Source: Gemmatimonadaceae bacterium
Lineage (GTDB): Bacteria > Gemmatimonadota > Gemmatimonadetes > Gemmatimonadales > Gemmatimonadaceae
DNA: 21,796 nucleotides
Assembly (NCBI GenBank): GCA_044224875.1
Contig: JBGAJQ010000080.1
Location: forward strand, 1-21,796
Direction of reading: 5' to 3'
Notes under the pieces: generated by a model
Told to the model about the DNA's origin: nothing
Database searches by the model: none
The model's input: the letters and a program-made list of their open reading frames with translations, nothing else
Made by a program: the position numbers and the translations under genes
Shown here: positions 1 through 8,713 of the stretch, piece after piece
Layout: each line of letters starts with the position of its first letter
Numbering within the stretch: the first letter of the stretch is position 1

Positions 1-560
1 CGGTCGGCGTCGATCTCCCCGTAGGGGACGCCACACATGAAGGCGTCGCGCCGCAAGTACTCGATCTTGTCGAGATCCAGCGAACCAGACACCAGTCCCT
101 GCAGCGGACTGTCACTCGACCCGCGTATGAGCGAAAAGACGCGTGCCGGCGCATCCGGCGAAATGGCCTCACGCAGCGCGTCCGCCACTTCGCCCTCGGT
201 GATCAACGGTCGCGCGACTTCCTCGTGATGCGGCGCACCAATCTCCTCCAGCGCGTGCGAGAACGGGTAGTGGCCCAAGTCGTGGAGGAGCGCCGCGGCA
301 CGGACAATGGCTGGTTCCTCGCGCGGAAGCCCGGCCAGGTCGCCACGTTCGTCCATGAGGCCTAACGTGCGCCCAGCCAGGTGGTAGGCGCCTAACGCGT
401 GTTCGAACCTCGTGTGGGTCGCCCCGGGATACACGAGGTGCGCCAATCCGAGCTGACGCACATAACGCAGTCGCTGAAAGGCACGCGTATCGATCAGCCG
501 GATGGCGAGGGCATCCAGCCGAATGGTGTTCCAGAGCGGGTCGCGAATGGTGTCGAACAC
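1..560 (-). CDS. HD-domain phosphohydrolase (YwfO/SAMHD1-like dNTP triphosphohydrolase family), 3' end runs off the window
   Basis: Not in the ORF track because its stop lies outside the window. Manual translation from GTG at 560: MFDTIRDPLWNTIRLD...FQRLRYVRQLGLAHLVYPGATHTRFEHALG...AALLHDLGHYPFSH...LDLDKIEYLRRD, the family signatures (FQRL..I/VxQLG, HxRFEH, HDxGHxPFSH, DxDK/R..YL.RD). Confidence 0.92.
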   Translation of the reverse strand, partial: MFDTIRDPLWNTIRLDALAIRLIDTRAFQRLRYVRQLGLAHLVYPGATHTRFEHALGAYHLAGRTLGLMDERGDLAGLPREEPAIVRAAALLHDLGHYPFSHALEEIGAPHHEEVARPLITEGEVADALREAISPDAPARVFSLIRGSSDSPLQGLVSGSLDLDKIEYLRRDAFMCGVPYGEIDAD

Positions 561-588
561 GCAGAGCGGGAAGTTGGAGGGCCGGCGA

Positions 589-1914
589 CTACTTCCTGTA
601 AATGGTTCCGTCCTTCATGACAAAGCGCACGCGCTCCAGTGCGCGAATGTCGTGTTCCAGGTCTCCCTCTACCGCCACGAGATCGGCGTACGAACCGGTC
701 TTGATGACGCCGAGCCGGCCCTCGCTGCCGAGGAGCTTGGCCGACCGAAAGGTGGCTGCCTGGAGGATCTCGGGGCTCGTCAGGCCCGCTTCCGCGTACG
801 CGAAGAGCACGCGCTTGGCGGCGTCCCCCTGTGGCATTTGGAGATCGATGTAATTGTCCGAGCCGGCGACGATCGTGACACCGGCCTTAATAGCGCGTCG
901 AAGCCGGTCCCGCCCGCCCGCCAGGTACATCGAGACTTGTGAGGGCGGTGGAAGGGGTTGACCGCTCCGCTTCGCCTGCGCGGCGACAAACGCCAGTATC
1001 GTGACCGAATCCACGTCCGTGGGGACCATGGCCACGTTATTCCTGACCATGAGGGCAAGGGTGGAGTCGGCGACCTGGTACGCGTGCTCCACGGAATTCA
1101 CGCCGGCAAGGGCGGCGCGCCAGACGGCCGCATCGCTGGTCGCATGCGCGGCGACGCGTACACCGAGACGTTTGGCCGCACCGACGATGGCCTGCATTTC
1201 TTCGACGGAAAGCGACCCATTGTTCGGCGTGTTGTTCGAATAAATCTTGATGACGTTGGCGCCGTAGTTGACGTTCTCGCGCACGGCGTCCGCTGCATCA
1301 TCGGGACCGTGGACGATGCGGTACTCCTCCTCCGCGATCGACCGGTAGCCGGGTTGTATGCCCGGGAATTGTCCGCCGACGGAGGACAGCCCGGGACCGG
1401 ACGTGTACATCCGTGGGCCGTCGACGCTGCCGTCAACAATGGCGCTCCGTAGCGCCACGTCGCCGAATCGCCCCGAGTTGCCGAGGTCGCGGACGGTGGT
1501 GATGCCGGATGCGAGGAAGGTGCGGGCCCGTGCGGCGCCATGGAGTGCGCGCAGCGCCGTGCCTTCCACGATGAGCGCCTTGGTGCCCTCACCGGTCAGG
1601 TCGCCGGCGGCGGGGTTCTCCAGGTACAACAGGTGCGTATGCGCGTCGATCAATCCGGGGATGACGGTGTAGGCGCGCAAGTCGACTTCACGCGCGCCGC
1701 GAGGAATCTCGAGTTTCTCCCCCACGGCCTCGACGGTCCGGTTTTTCACGCGAATGTCGCGAGCTCCCAGGAACACCCCTTGCTCACTGTCAAAGAAGCG
1801 CCCCGCGTGAACGATGGTGGTGCCGGTGTCACGTGGCGTTTGCGCAGCCAGGTTGGCTGGCGCGAGAAGTGACGCGATGACGACGACGACGGCCTGACGC
1901 GACATGGGGCTCAT
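589..1914 (-). CDS. Secreted metal-dependent amidohydrolase (Xaa-Pro dipeptidase/HutI-like TIM-barrel family)
   Basis: Signal peptide (AVVVVIASLLAPANLAA-Q). Motifs PGLIDAHTH, GITTVRDLG, IKIY (carboxylated Lys position), AAHA, VEHA, AGSD, and C-terminal G..ADLVAVEGD. Alternative start at 1905. Confidence 0.9.
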   Translation of the reverse strand: MSPMSRQAVVVVIASLLAPANLAAQTPRDTGTTIVHAGRFFDSEQGVFLGARDIRVKNRTVEAVGEKLEIPRGAREVDLRAYTVIPGLIDAHTHLLYLENPAAGDLTGEGTKALIVEGTALRALHGAARARTFLASGITTVRDLGNSGRFGDVALRSAIVDGSVDGPRMYTSGPGLSSVGGQFPGIQPGYRSIAEEEYRIVHGPDDAADAVRENVNYGANVIKIYSNNTPNNGSLSVEEMQAIVGAAKRLGVRVAAHATSDAAVWRAALAGVNSVEHAYQVADSTLALMVRNNVAMVPTDVDSVTILAFVAAQAKRSGQPLPPPSQVSMYLAGGRDRLRRAIKAGVTIVAGSDNYIDLQMPQGDAAKRVLFAYAEAGLTSPEILQAATFRSAKLLGSEGRLGVIKTGSYADLVAVEGDLEHDIRALERVRFVMKDGTIYRK

Positions 1915-1945
1915 GGGCAGCGACGGCGAGCGGTGGATACGCAGC

Positions 1946-1997
1946 GGGGTCCGCAGGCGTCGCGTCGCAGCTGGCGAGCGACCTCCACGCGGACCCC
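1946..1997. other. GC-rich intergenic stem-loop downstream of pckA
   Basis: GGGGTCCGC (1946-1954) pairs with GCGGACCCC (1989-1997); inner AGG..GTCGC.TCGC pairs with GCGA.GCGACCT. No U-tract on either side. Confidence 0.6.
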
Positions 1998-2021
1998 ACA
2001 GGATGATACGAATCGAGCGAC

Positions 2022-3626
2022 CTATCCCTTCGGGCCAGCCTGACGAATCGCCTCGCTGACCGTGCCGAACTTCTCGAAGTTCTTCCGGAACATGTCGGCC
2101 AGCTTCCTTGCCTGTGCGTCATACGCAGCGCCATCGGGCCACGTCTTGCGCGGATTGAGGACATCCGACGGAACGCTGGGAACGTCGGTCGGGATGTGCA
2201 GCCCGAAGATCGGGTCCGTAACCATGGGCGTCCGCTCCAGGCGTCCACCTAACGCGGCCCGCACCATGGCGCGCGTGTACGAGATCTTCATGCGCGAACC
2301 CACGCCATACCCGCCGCCGCTCCAGCCCGTGTTCACCAGCCACACGTTGGCCCCGTGCTCGTCGATGAGCGAACCGAGCATCTCCGCGTACTTGGTGGGG
2401 TGCCACACCAGGAACACCGCACCAAAGCACGACGAGAACGTGGCCTGCGGCTCGGTCACGCCGCGTTCCGTACCCGCCACCTTGGCCGTGTACCCGGACA
2501 TGAAGTAGTACATGGCCTGTTCGCGTGTCAGCTTCGCGATCGGCGGCAACACGCCAAAGGCATCCGCGGTGAGGAACACGACTTGTCGCGGATGTCCGCC
2601 ACGTCCGCTCGGCACATGGTTCCGGATGTAGTGCAGGGGATACGACGCCCGCGTGTTCTCGGTGATCGACTGGTCGTCGAACTTCACCTTGCGCTGGTGA
2701 TCCAGCACGACGTTTTCCAGGATGGTGCCGAACATCTGCGTTGTGGCAAAGATGTCGGGCTCCTGCTCGCGTGACAGGTTGATCACCTTGGCGTAGCACC
2801 CACCCTCGTAGTTGAAGACGCCGTCGCCGGACCAGCCATGCTCGTCGTCGCCGATCAGCGAGCGTTCCGGATCTGCTGACAGCGTGGTCTTGCCGGTACC
2901 GGAGAGCCCGAAGAAAAGGGCCACGTCGCCCTCAGCGCCGATGTTCGCCGAGCAGTGCATGGAGAGCACGCCGGTTTTGGGCATGAGGTAGTTCATGACC
3001 GTGAACATCGCCTTCTTCAGCTCGCCCGCGTACCGCGTGCCGCCGATGAGGACCATGCGCCGCGTCAGGTGCAACACGATGAACGTTCCGGAACGGGTGC
3101 CATGCCGTTCGGGGATGGCCTGGAACTCCGGCGCGTGCAGCACCGTGAAGTTCGGGTTGAACGTGGGCAGCTCGCTCAGTTCCGGCCGAATGAACATGTT
3201 GCGGACGAAGTTCGCGTGCCACGCATTCGGGGTGACGTAGCGGACGCTCAACCGATGGGCCGGCTCCGCGCCGCAGTACAGGTCTTGGACGAACAGGTCG
3301 TGCAGCCCACTCAAGTACGATCGGACGTCCGCCAGCAGCAACTCGAACTTGTCCTCGCCGATCGGCTGGTTGACCTTGCCCCAGTCGACGTCCGCCTCGG
3401 TACTCGCTTCCCGAACGACGAATTTGTCATTGGGGGACCGACCGGTGTGCGGTGCCGTCACGGCCACGAAGGGGCCCATATCGGCCAAGGTGCCCTCACT
3501 GCGGGCGATGGCATGCTGAACAAGTTCCGGGGCTACGAGATTCCAGTGCACGCGGCCGGCCGGCGCCAACCCCTGGCCGCCCAGTCCATGCACGGATTCC
3601 CGCGCGGGCGTCGCTTGTGTCGCCAT
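2022..3626 (-). CDS. pckA: Phosphoenolpyruvate carboxykinase (ATP)
   Basis: [24 protein letters not shown]-loop [53 protein letters not shown] upstream of the ATG. Confidence 0.98.
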   Translation of the reverse strand: MATQATPARESVHGLGGQGLAPAGRVHWNLVAPELVQHAIARSEGTLADMGPFVAVTAPHTGRSPNDKFVVREASTEADVDWGKVNQPIGEDKFELLLADVRSYLSGLHDLFVQDLYCGAEPAHRLSVRYVTPNAWHANFVRNMFIRPELSELPTFNPNFTVLHAPEFQAIPERHGTRSGTFIVLHLTRRMVLIGGTRYAGELKKAMFTVMNYLMPKTGVLSMHCSANIGAEGDVALFFGLSGTGKTTLSADPERSLIGDDEHGWSGDGVFNYEGGCYAKVINLSREQEPDIFATTQMFGTILENVVLDHQRKVKFDDQSITENTRASYPLHYIRNHVPSGRGGHPRQVVFLTADAFGVLPPIAKLTREQAMYYFMSGYTAKVAGTERGVTEPQATFSSCFGAVFLVWHPTKYAEMLGSLIDEHGANVWLVNTGWSGGGYGVGSRMKISYTRAMVRAALGGRLERTPMVTDPIFGLHIPTDVPSVPSDVLNPRKTWPDGAAYDAQARKLADMFRKNFEKFGTVSEAIRQAGPKG

Positions 3627-3643
3627 ATACTCGTGATCCTGGT

Positions 3644-5947
3644 CTAAAGAAACGAGAATGCCCGAGCGCCGGCGGGTGGGCCCAAATGCCCCTCCGCTGG
3701 GCGATCGCGCTCCTGTGCGTCCATGACCGCCACGGCGGCCATGTTGATGATGTCCTGCACGTCCGCGCCCTGCTCCAGCACATGCACCGGCTTGGCCATG
3801 CCGACGAGAATCGGACCGATTGCCGTGGCGCCTCCAAGGTGGTGCAGCAACTTGTACGCAATGTTTCCGGCGCTCAAGTTGGGAAATATCAACACGTTGG
3901 CTTCTTCCTTCAAGGCGGCGAAGGGGAACGACTCTCTGAGCGTCTTCTCGTCCACCGCCGTATCTGCCTGCATTTCACCGTCCACCATCAGGGTGGCGTC
4001 TCGCTGCCGAAGGAGCTGCACGGCGCGGGCCACACGCTCTGCCTCCGGATGACGAACCGACCCGAAATTCGAAAACGACAGCATGGCGACGCGTGGCACC
4101 TCGCCGAACGAGCGCACAATGCGTGAAGCCGCGTACGCGATTTGAGCCAGCTGCTCGGATGTGGGTTCGATATTGACCGTGGTGTCGCCGCAAAAGACCA
4201 CGTGTTTTTCGAAGACCAGCATGTACAAGCCACTCACGAGCCCCGCGCGCGGGTTCGCACCAACGACTTCGAGGGCGGGACGTAGCGCCTCGGGATACGT
4301 CGTGGTCATGCCGGTGAGGAGGGCATCCGCGTCTCCGCGCGCCACCATCACACTGCCAAAGTAGTTGCCGTTGTAGAGGCGCCGCTGAGCCTCCGCCATG
4401 CTCATCCCTTTCCGCTGCCGCCGCTGCCACAAATACTCGGCGTAGACCTCGCGGTGCGGTGACTCGGCGGGATCCTCGATCTCCAGTTCCTCGAGTGAAA
4501 TGCCTTCGTGTCGCGCGCGCTCCTCTATTCGTTCCTTGTTGCCAAGCAGTACCGGTTGGGCGATGCCTTCGTCCACGAGGATGCGCGCGGCGCGGAGGAT
4601 CTTTCGTTCCTCGCCTTCGGCCAGCACGAGTCGCTTGGGATTTTGTACGGCGCGATTGATGATGCCTCGCATGATGCCCTTGGCCCGCCCGAGCCGCGCT
4701 TCCAGCTGCGCGCGATACTCCTCGAGTTCGATGAACTCCTGCGCGACTCCGCTGGCGACGGCGGCCCACGCGACCGCGGGTGCCACCCACAGCAGCGCTC
4801 TGGGGTCGAACGGGAATGGGATGAGGTAGTCCCTGCCAAAGGTCACGCGCTTGAGGCCGTACAGGGCGGCGACACTTTCGGGCACGTCTTCACGCGCGAG
4901 CGCCGCCAAGGCCTTGGTCGCGGCCATTTTCATTTCCTCGTTCACCTCGGTCGCGCGCGCATCCAGCGCACCGCGGAAGATGAAAGGGAATCCCAGGACG
5001 TTGTTGACCTGGTTGGGGTAGTCGCTGCGCCCCGTGGCGACGATCGCATCGGGGCGCGCCGCCTTCGCCTCGTTAGGCATGATCTCCGGCGTGGGATTCG
5101 CCAGGGCAAACACGATCGGATCGCGGGCCATCGGCTTCAACATCTCGCCAGTGATGGCGCCGGCCGCCGACAGTCCCACCAGGACGTCGGCGCCTACCAG
5201 GGCCTCGGCAATGGTGCGAGCGGTGGTGGCGTTGGCAAAGCGGAGCTTGTACGGATCCATGTGATCCGTGCGGCCGGCGTAGATCACGCCGGCGCGATCG
5301 CACACGATGATGTTCTCTCGCTTCACGCCAAGGCGCTCGTAGTGCATGGCCGTCGCCAGGGCACTCGCTCCGGCACCGGAGAAGACCACACGCACCTGAT
5401 CGATCGGCTTTCCCACGATCTCGAGCGCGTTCACCAACGCCGCGCCAGAGATGATCGCGGTGCCGTGCTGATCGTCATGGAACACCGGAATTTTCATCGT
5501 CTTGCGGAGCGTCTCCTCGATCACGAAACAGTCCGGGGCCCGGATGTCTTCGAGATTGATCCCTCCGACCGAAGGCTCCAGCAGCTGGCAAAAACGAATC
5601 ACGTCTGCCGGCAGCTCCGATCCCACTTCGAGGTCGAAGACGTCGATGTCCGCGAACTGCTTGAAGAGATTTCCCTTGCCCTCCATCACGGGCTTACCGG
5701 CCAGTGCGCCAATGTTGCCCAACCCCAGTACCGCCGTCCCGTTGGTCACGACGGCAACGAGATTCCCCTTGGCCGTATACCGGTAGGCATCGTTAGGGTT
5801 TTTCTGAATCTCGAGACAGGGTTCGGCTACTCCCGGGGAGTAAGCGAGGGAGAGGTCACGCTGATTCGTCAGCGGTTTGGTTGGAACCACCGCGATCTTT
5901 CCTGGGCGGGGCTCCGCGTGGTACTCGAGGGCGTCGGTCATGGGCAT
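3644..5947 (-). CDS. maeB: NADP-dependent malic enzyme with C-terminal phosphotransacetylase-like domain
   Basis: [72 protein letters not shown]-like domain with DGEMQAD and [15 protein letters not shown]. Start set to ATG 5947 ([10 protein letters not shown]) rather than the track's 5986. Confidence 0.97.
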   Translation of the reverse strand: MPMTDALEYHAEPRPGKIAVVPTKPLTNQRDLSLAYSPGVAEPCLEIQKNPNDAYRYTAKGNLVAVVTNGTAVLGLGNIGALAGKPVMEGKGNLFKQFADIDVFDLEVGSELPADVIRFCQLLEPSVGGINLEDIRAPDCFVIEETLRKTMKIPVFHDDQHGTAIISGAALVNALEIVGKPIDQVRVVFSGAGASALATAMHYERLGVKRENIIVCDRAGVIYAGRTDHMDPYKLRFANATTARTIAEALVGADVLVGLSAAGAITGEMLKPMARDPIVFALANPTPEIMPNEAKAARPDAIVATGRSDYPNQVNNVLGFPFIFRGALDARATEVNEEMKMAATKALAALAREDVPESVAALYGLKRVTFGRDYLIPFPFDPRALLWVAPAVAWAAVASGVAQEFIELEEYRAQLEARLGRAKGIMRGIINRAVQNPKRLVLAEGEERKILRAARILVDEGIAQPVLLGNKERIEERARHEGISLEELEIEDPAESPHREVYAEYLWQRRQRKGMSMAEAQRRLYNGNYFGSVMVARGDADALLTGMTTTYPEALRPALEVVGANPRAGLVSGLYMLVFEKHVVFCGDTTVNIEPTSEQLAQIAYAASRIVRSFGEVPRVAMLSFSNFGSVRHPEAERVARAVQLLRQRDATLMVDGEMQADTAVDEKTLRESFPFAALKEEANVLIFPNLSAGNIAYKLLHHLGGATAIGPILVGMAKPVHVLEQGADVQDIINMAAVAVMDAQERDRPAEGHLGPPAGARAFSFL

Positions 5948-6037
5948 AGCGGGAAAGATATCCTCTAACGAGTGTCGCGCGCCCATCCTTCGCAGGGACG
6001 AGCGCGCGACTTCGTGCGACGCTGGCGTGGGCGCGGC

Positions 6038-7459
6038 CTACGGCTCCTTGATCACGGGTTTTGGGTACGCCTTTTCCAGCGCCCCGACATACTCGCCAAA
6101 GAGGGCCTTGGTGGACTCGAATTCCTTTTGAACGAGCGTTCGGTAGTCGGCACGCGTGGCGAAGTCGTACAACAGCGCGGCCATGGCTTGGGCGTCGACG
6201 ACGAACCCCTGATGACCTGTCGGCCCTAACGCGTCGGCCTCCATCTCATACGTGTGGAATCCGCCATCGGAGGTGTGGGCTGAGAATCCGACGCCTGGGA
6301 CGGCGCTGGACACGCTACCGGTCTCTTCAAAGCCCTGTGGCTTGCCCGGCTCTTCCTGGACCTTTGTGCCGCCGTACTTCCTGAGGTACGCGAAGGCGAG
6401 TTCGTTCAGGGTAGCCGTGGCGATGCCGTCACGCATGCTGCCATAGGGTTCGATCTTGACCTTGGTGCCCGTGGCCAGGGCCGCCGCCCGCGCGGCGTTG
6501 TCCACCATTTCGCGCACTTGGGCGAGGTACACCTGGTCTGGATACCGAATGTAGAAGTCGGCCACCGCGCGATCGGGCACCACGTTAGGCGCCTTGCCCC
6601 CCTCCGTAATAATCCCCTGAATTCGCGCTTCGGGGCGCATCGTGCGGCGAATGGCGTCGATGTTGTTGAACAGGTGAATGACGGCGGTGAGGGCGTCGCG
6701 GCCATCCCATGGCGTCATCTGGTGCGCCGGGGCGCCCGAAAACGTGTACTTCACACCGTCGATGTTGAGGCAGCAGGAGCCAAACCCGTGGGCGGCGCGC
6801 TGCGTGCCCATGCTGGAGTGCGACCGCACGATCACGTCCACCCCCTTGAAGACACCAGCGTCAAACATCACGGTCTTCGAAGGTGGTGGCATCATCTCTT
6901 CTGCCGGCGTTCCGTACACCGTCACCGTACCCGGTGTGTGAGTCCTGGTGAGGAATTCGGCGACAGCGATCGCCGCGGCCATTCCCGTCGGGCCTTGCGC
7001 GCTATGCTGGTCCCCGTGAAAGTCCCCCTTGGTCCCCCGCAGCGCATCGTACTCGAGGATGACGCCGAGGTTTGGCCCTGGCGTTCCCTTGTTGTACCTG
7101 GCGACAAAGGCCGTCGACAAGCCGGCAACCCCCATTTCCACCGTGAAGTCATGGGCGCTCAGGTAGTCCGCGAGGATCTTGACGGAGCGCGTTTCCTTGA
7201 ACCCCACTTCAGGGTGCTTCGTGATGTCGTCCGCCATCGCCAGCAGTTCGCCCTCCATGAGTTCTTTTGCGCGTCCCGTTACCTGCTCTCGCGCCGGGTT
7301 GGGCGCGGTGAGACGTGTGACCAGTGCGGGGACGGCCAAGGTGCGCTGCATGTCGGCCATCTTTCGCACCACGTCGGCGGCAGCAGCGCGCTCGGTCGGA
7401 GTGTCCTGTGCGAGGGCAAGGGCTGGTGATACCGTCAGGGCCAACAGCAATCGACGCAT
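6038..7459 (-). CDS. Secreted M20-family peptidase/amidohydrolase (AbgB/ACY1L2-like) with dimerisation domain
   Basis: Signal peptide MRRLLLALTVSPALALA-Q. Motifs HPEVGFKE, TAFVARY, EYDAL, GTPAEE, PAH..PWDGRDAL, GIITEGGKAPNVVP, FHT. Confidence 0.88.
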   Translation of the reverse strand: MRRLLLALTVSPALALAQDTPTERAAAADVVRKMADMQRTLAVPALVTRLTAPNPAREQVTGRAKELMEGELLAMADDITKHPEVGFKETRSVKILADYLSAHDFTVEMGVAGLSTAFVARYNKGTPGPNLGVILEYDALRGTKGDFHGDQHSAQGPTGMAAAIAVAEFLTRTHTPGTVTVYGTPAEEMMPPPSKTVMFDAGVFKGVDVIVRSHSSMGTQRAAHGFGSCCLNIDGVKYTFSGAPAHQMTPWDGRDALTAVIHLFNNIDAIRRTMRPEARIQGIITEGGKAPNVVPDRAVADFYIRYPDQVYLAQVREMVDNAARAAALATGTKVKIEPYGSMRDGIATATLNELAFAYLRKYGGTKVQEEPGKPQGFEETGSVSSAVPGVGFSAHTSDGGFHTYEMEADALGPTGHQGFVVDAQAMAALLYDFATRADYRTLVQKEFESTKALFGEYVGALEKAYPKPVIKEP

Positions 7460-7486
7460 GAGAGCGGGTGCAAGGGTTCCAGGGAG

Positions 7487-7507
7487 ACGGCGGAGACAAG
7501 CCGCCGT
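7487..7507. other. Short perfect hairpin just upstream of the M20 peptidase start
   Basis: ACGGCGG-(AGACAAG)-CCGCCGT, ending 27 nt before the ATG at 7459 on the minus strand. No U-tract. Confidence 0.4.
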
Positions 7508-8092
7508 TGGGAAGCGCGATGTTGATGAAATCGGGGCCAGCGGCGTCTAGCGCGTCTCGGTGGCGCGCGGTCACCTCGAACGTCGCTTGACCCGTCACCT
7601 CGTAACGTGCCGCGCCGTGAAGTTGGGCGCCAGTCGCTTGTCGGGGGGCGACCTTCTCGGTCAAGGCCGTCGGGACATCGCGAGCGCTCCGACTGGTCTG
7701 GCAGAGGCCCGGCGAACGATCTCGATGAATGCGGCAGCGTGGCGATCGGTTCAACTCGACCGATTCGCCTTTCCCCGCGAAGCGAACCCGGGTCGAGGAC
7801 GGGGACGGGTTGAGACGGGGTGGACCAGTCGACAGCTAGAACAGGCATTCCACATCGTCATTTGGGGTTCTGGCCGCTCGAAGCTCAACGGTGGTGTGGT
7901 AGGTGCGTAAACCTCGCAGGGCCGACGAACCGATTGGGGGCGTTTCGGCACCATCGACTATGACATCCTGCGCATCCACTCCCGTCCTCGAGCGTCCCGC
8001 CAGCCGTTGCCGGGTGCGCCCGAGCAGCCTGCACGGCGGCGTTACGTATTGGAGGGGCCAGATTTCCAGGCCGAGCGACGTCGCCACCGCAC

Positions 8093-8122
8093 TGGACCCT
8101 TCGGGGTTACGCGGGATACACT
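8093..8122 (+). promoter_or_regulatory. Putative sigma70-type promoter for the leader ORF and metal-uptake cluster
   Basis: TGGACC (8093-8098), 18 nt spacer, TACACT (8117-8122). A perfect palindrome GCAGATCTGC (8133-8142) lies just downstream. Confidence 0.35.
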
Positions 8123-8179
8123 TAGGCCGTGCGCAGATCTGCTGATGCGGTCGTGACCAGCCAGATTTCCACGGCGCGA

Positions 8180-8515
8180 ATGCGACGCATTCCCCGCACG
8201 TGGGCCGCCGTATTACTGGCTCTTCAAGCGTTGCTCTGGGTCGCTGGTCCGCTGATCGACGGCGCCGTTGAGGCGTCCTCGGCGCGGACGCAGGCGCACG
8301 TCGAGGAACTCGGTGGGACAAAATGCCCGCCGGTTCACTCTGCGCTCGATTGCCTGATCTGCCGGACACTGAGTCAGGGGGCAGTGATGCCCTCCGCCGA
8401 CGCGGTCGGCAGCCCTTCGAGGGCGAACGGCCCGGCACTCGGCGAGACGTCTGCGTGTTTGGTGGAGGGCGTCCGCTCGGGCGGCCTCGGGTCACGAGCG
8501 CCGCCTAGCGCGTAA
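8180..8515 (+). CDS. Small exported CxxC/RAPP leader protein, CruR/DUF2946-like upstream ORF (111 aa)
   Basis: ATG 8180: MRRIPRTWAAVLLALQALLWVAGPLIDG (basic + hydrophobic signal/TM segment), central H..C-PPV-H-SALD-CLIC (CxxC at 8351-8362), low-complexity linker, C-terminal S-RAPP-SA-stop (RAPP at 8495-8506). Lies directly upstream of metal-transport genes. Confidence 0.8.
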   Translation: MRRIPRTWAAVLLALQALLWVAGPLIDGAVEASSARTQAHVEELGGTKCPPVHSALDCLICRTLSQGAVMPSADAVGSPSRANGPALGETSACLVEGVRSGGLGSRAPPSA

Positions 8516-8521
8516 AAACGC

Positions 8522-8602
8522 CGCGCGTGTCGGTGTCGCGGGGCCTGGTCGTCAGATCCAACTGTTGAATCTGCGCCAGGCGCCATGCGATTCACATGCG
8601 TG
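8522..8602 (+). promoter_or_regulatory. Long imperfect stem-loop immediately after the leader ORF stop (candidate attenuator element)
   Basis: Nested pairings: CGCGCGTGT(8522-8530)/ACATGCGTG(8594-8602), TCGC/GCGA, GCCTGG(8543-8548)/CCAGGC(8576-8581), CAGAT/ATCTG, CAA/TTG. Confidence 0.5.
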
Positions 8603-8713
8603 CGCCGCTCGCCGCGTCCGAGGCCGGTATCCGGCTCCCGACGGGAGTTCTCGTGTGCTCATGTCGGTTGTGCACGGGGCTTCCATCCTCCAGCAGCAAG
8701 GCAACCAGTCAAC

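Noticed and set aside
4508..5968. Long plus-strand ORFs antisense to real genes (e.g. 4508-5968, 6518-7429, 2955-3647, 14540-15253)
   Set aside because: Shadow ORFs caused by stop-codon scarcity in GC-rich DNA. They lie opposite well-conserved genes and show no recognisable motifs.
7435..7848. Minus-strand ORF containing an internal RAPP (GDRAPPRR) upstream of the M20 peptidase
   Set aside because: The RAPP is internal, there is no signal peptide, the composition is Arg/Pro-rich and non-coding-like, and it overlaps the M20 start. RAPP arises easily by chance from GC-rich codons.
8040..8175. Possible cobalamin riboswitch (CACTGG...CGGGA...AGCCAG fragments) upstream of the transporter cluster
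   Set aside because: The conserved GGGAA..GGTG.AA.TCC core and a proper B12 box (GCCAGxAGACCTGCC) are missing. No yybP-ykoY or NiCo consensus was seen either. An Rfam scan would settle it.
8585..8713. N-terminal 43-aa extension of the barrel ORF given by the ORF track
   Set aside because: Arg/Pro/Cys-rich and lies within the hairpin region. ATG 8714 gives a normal signal peptide.
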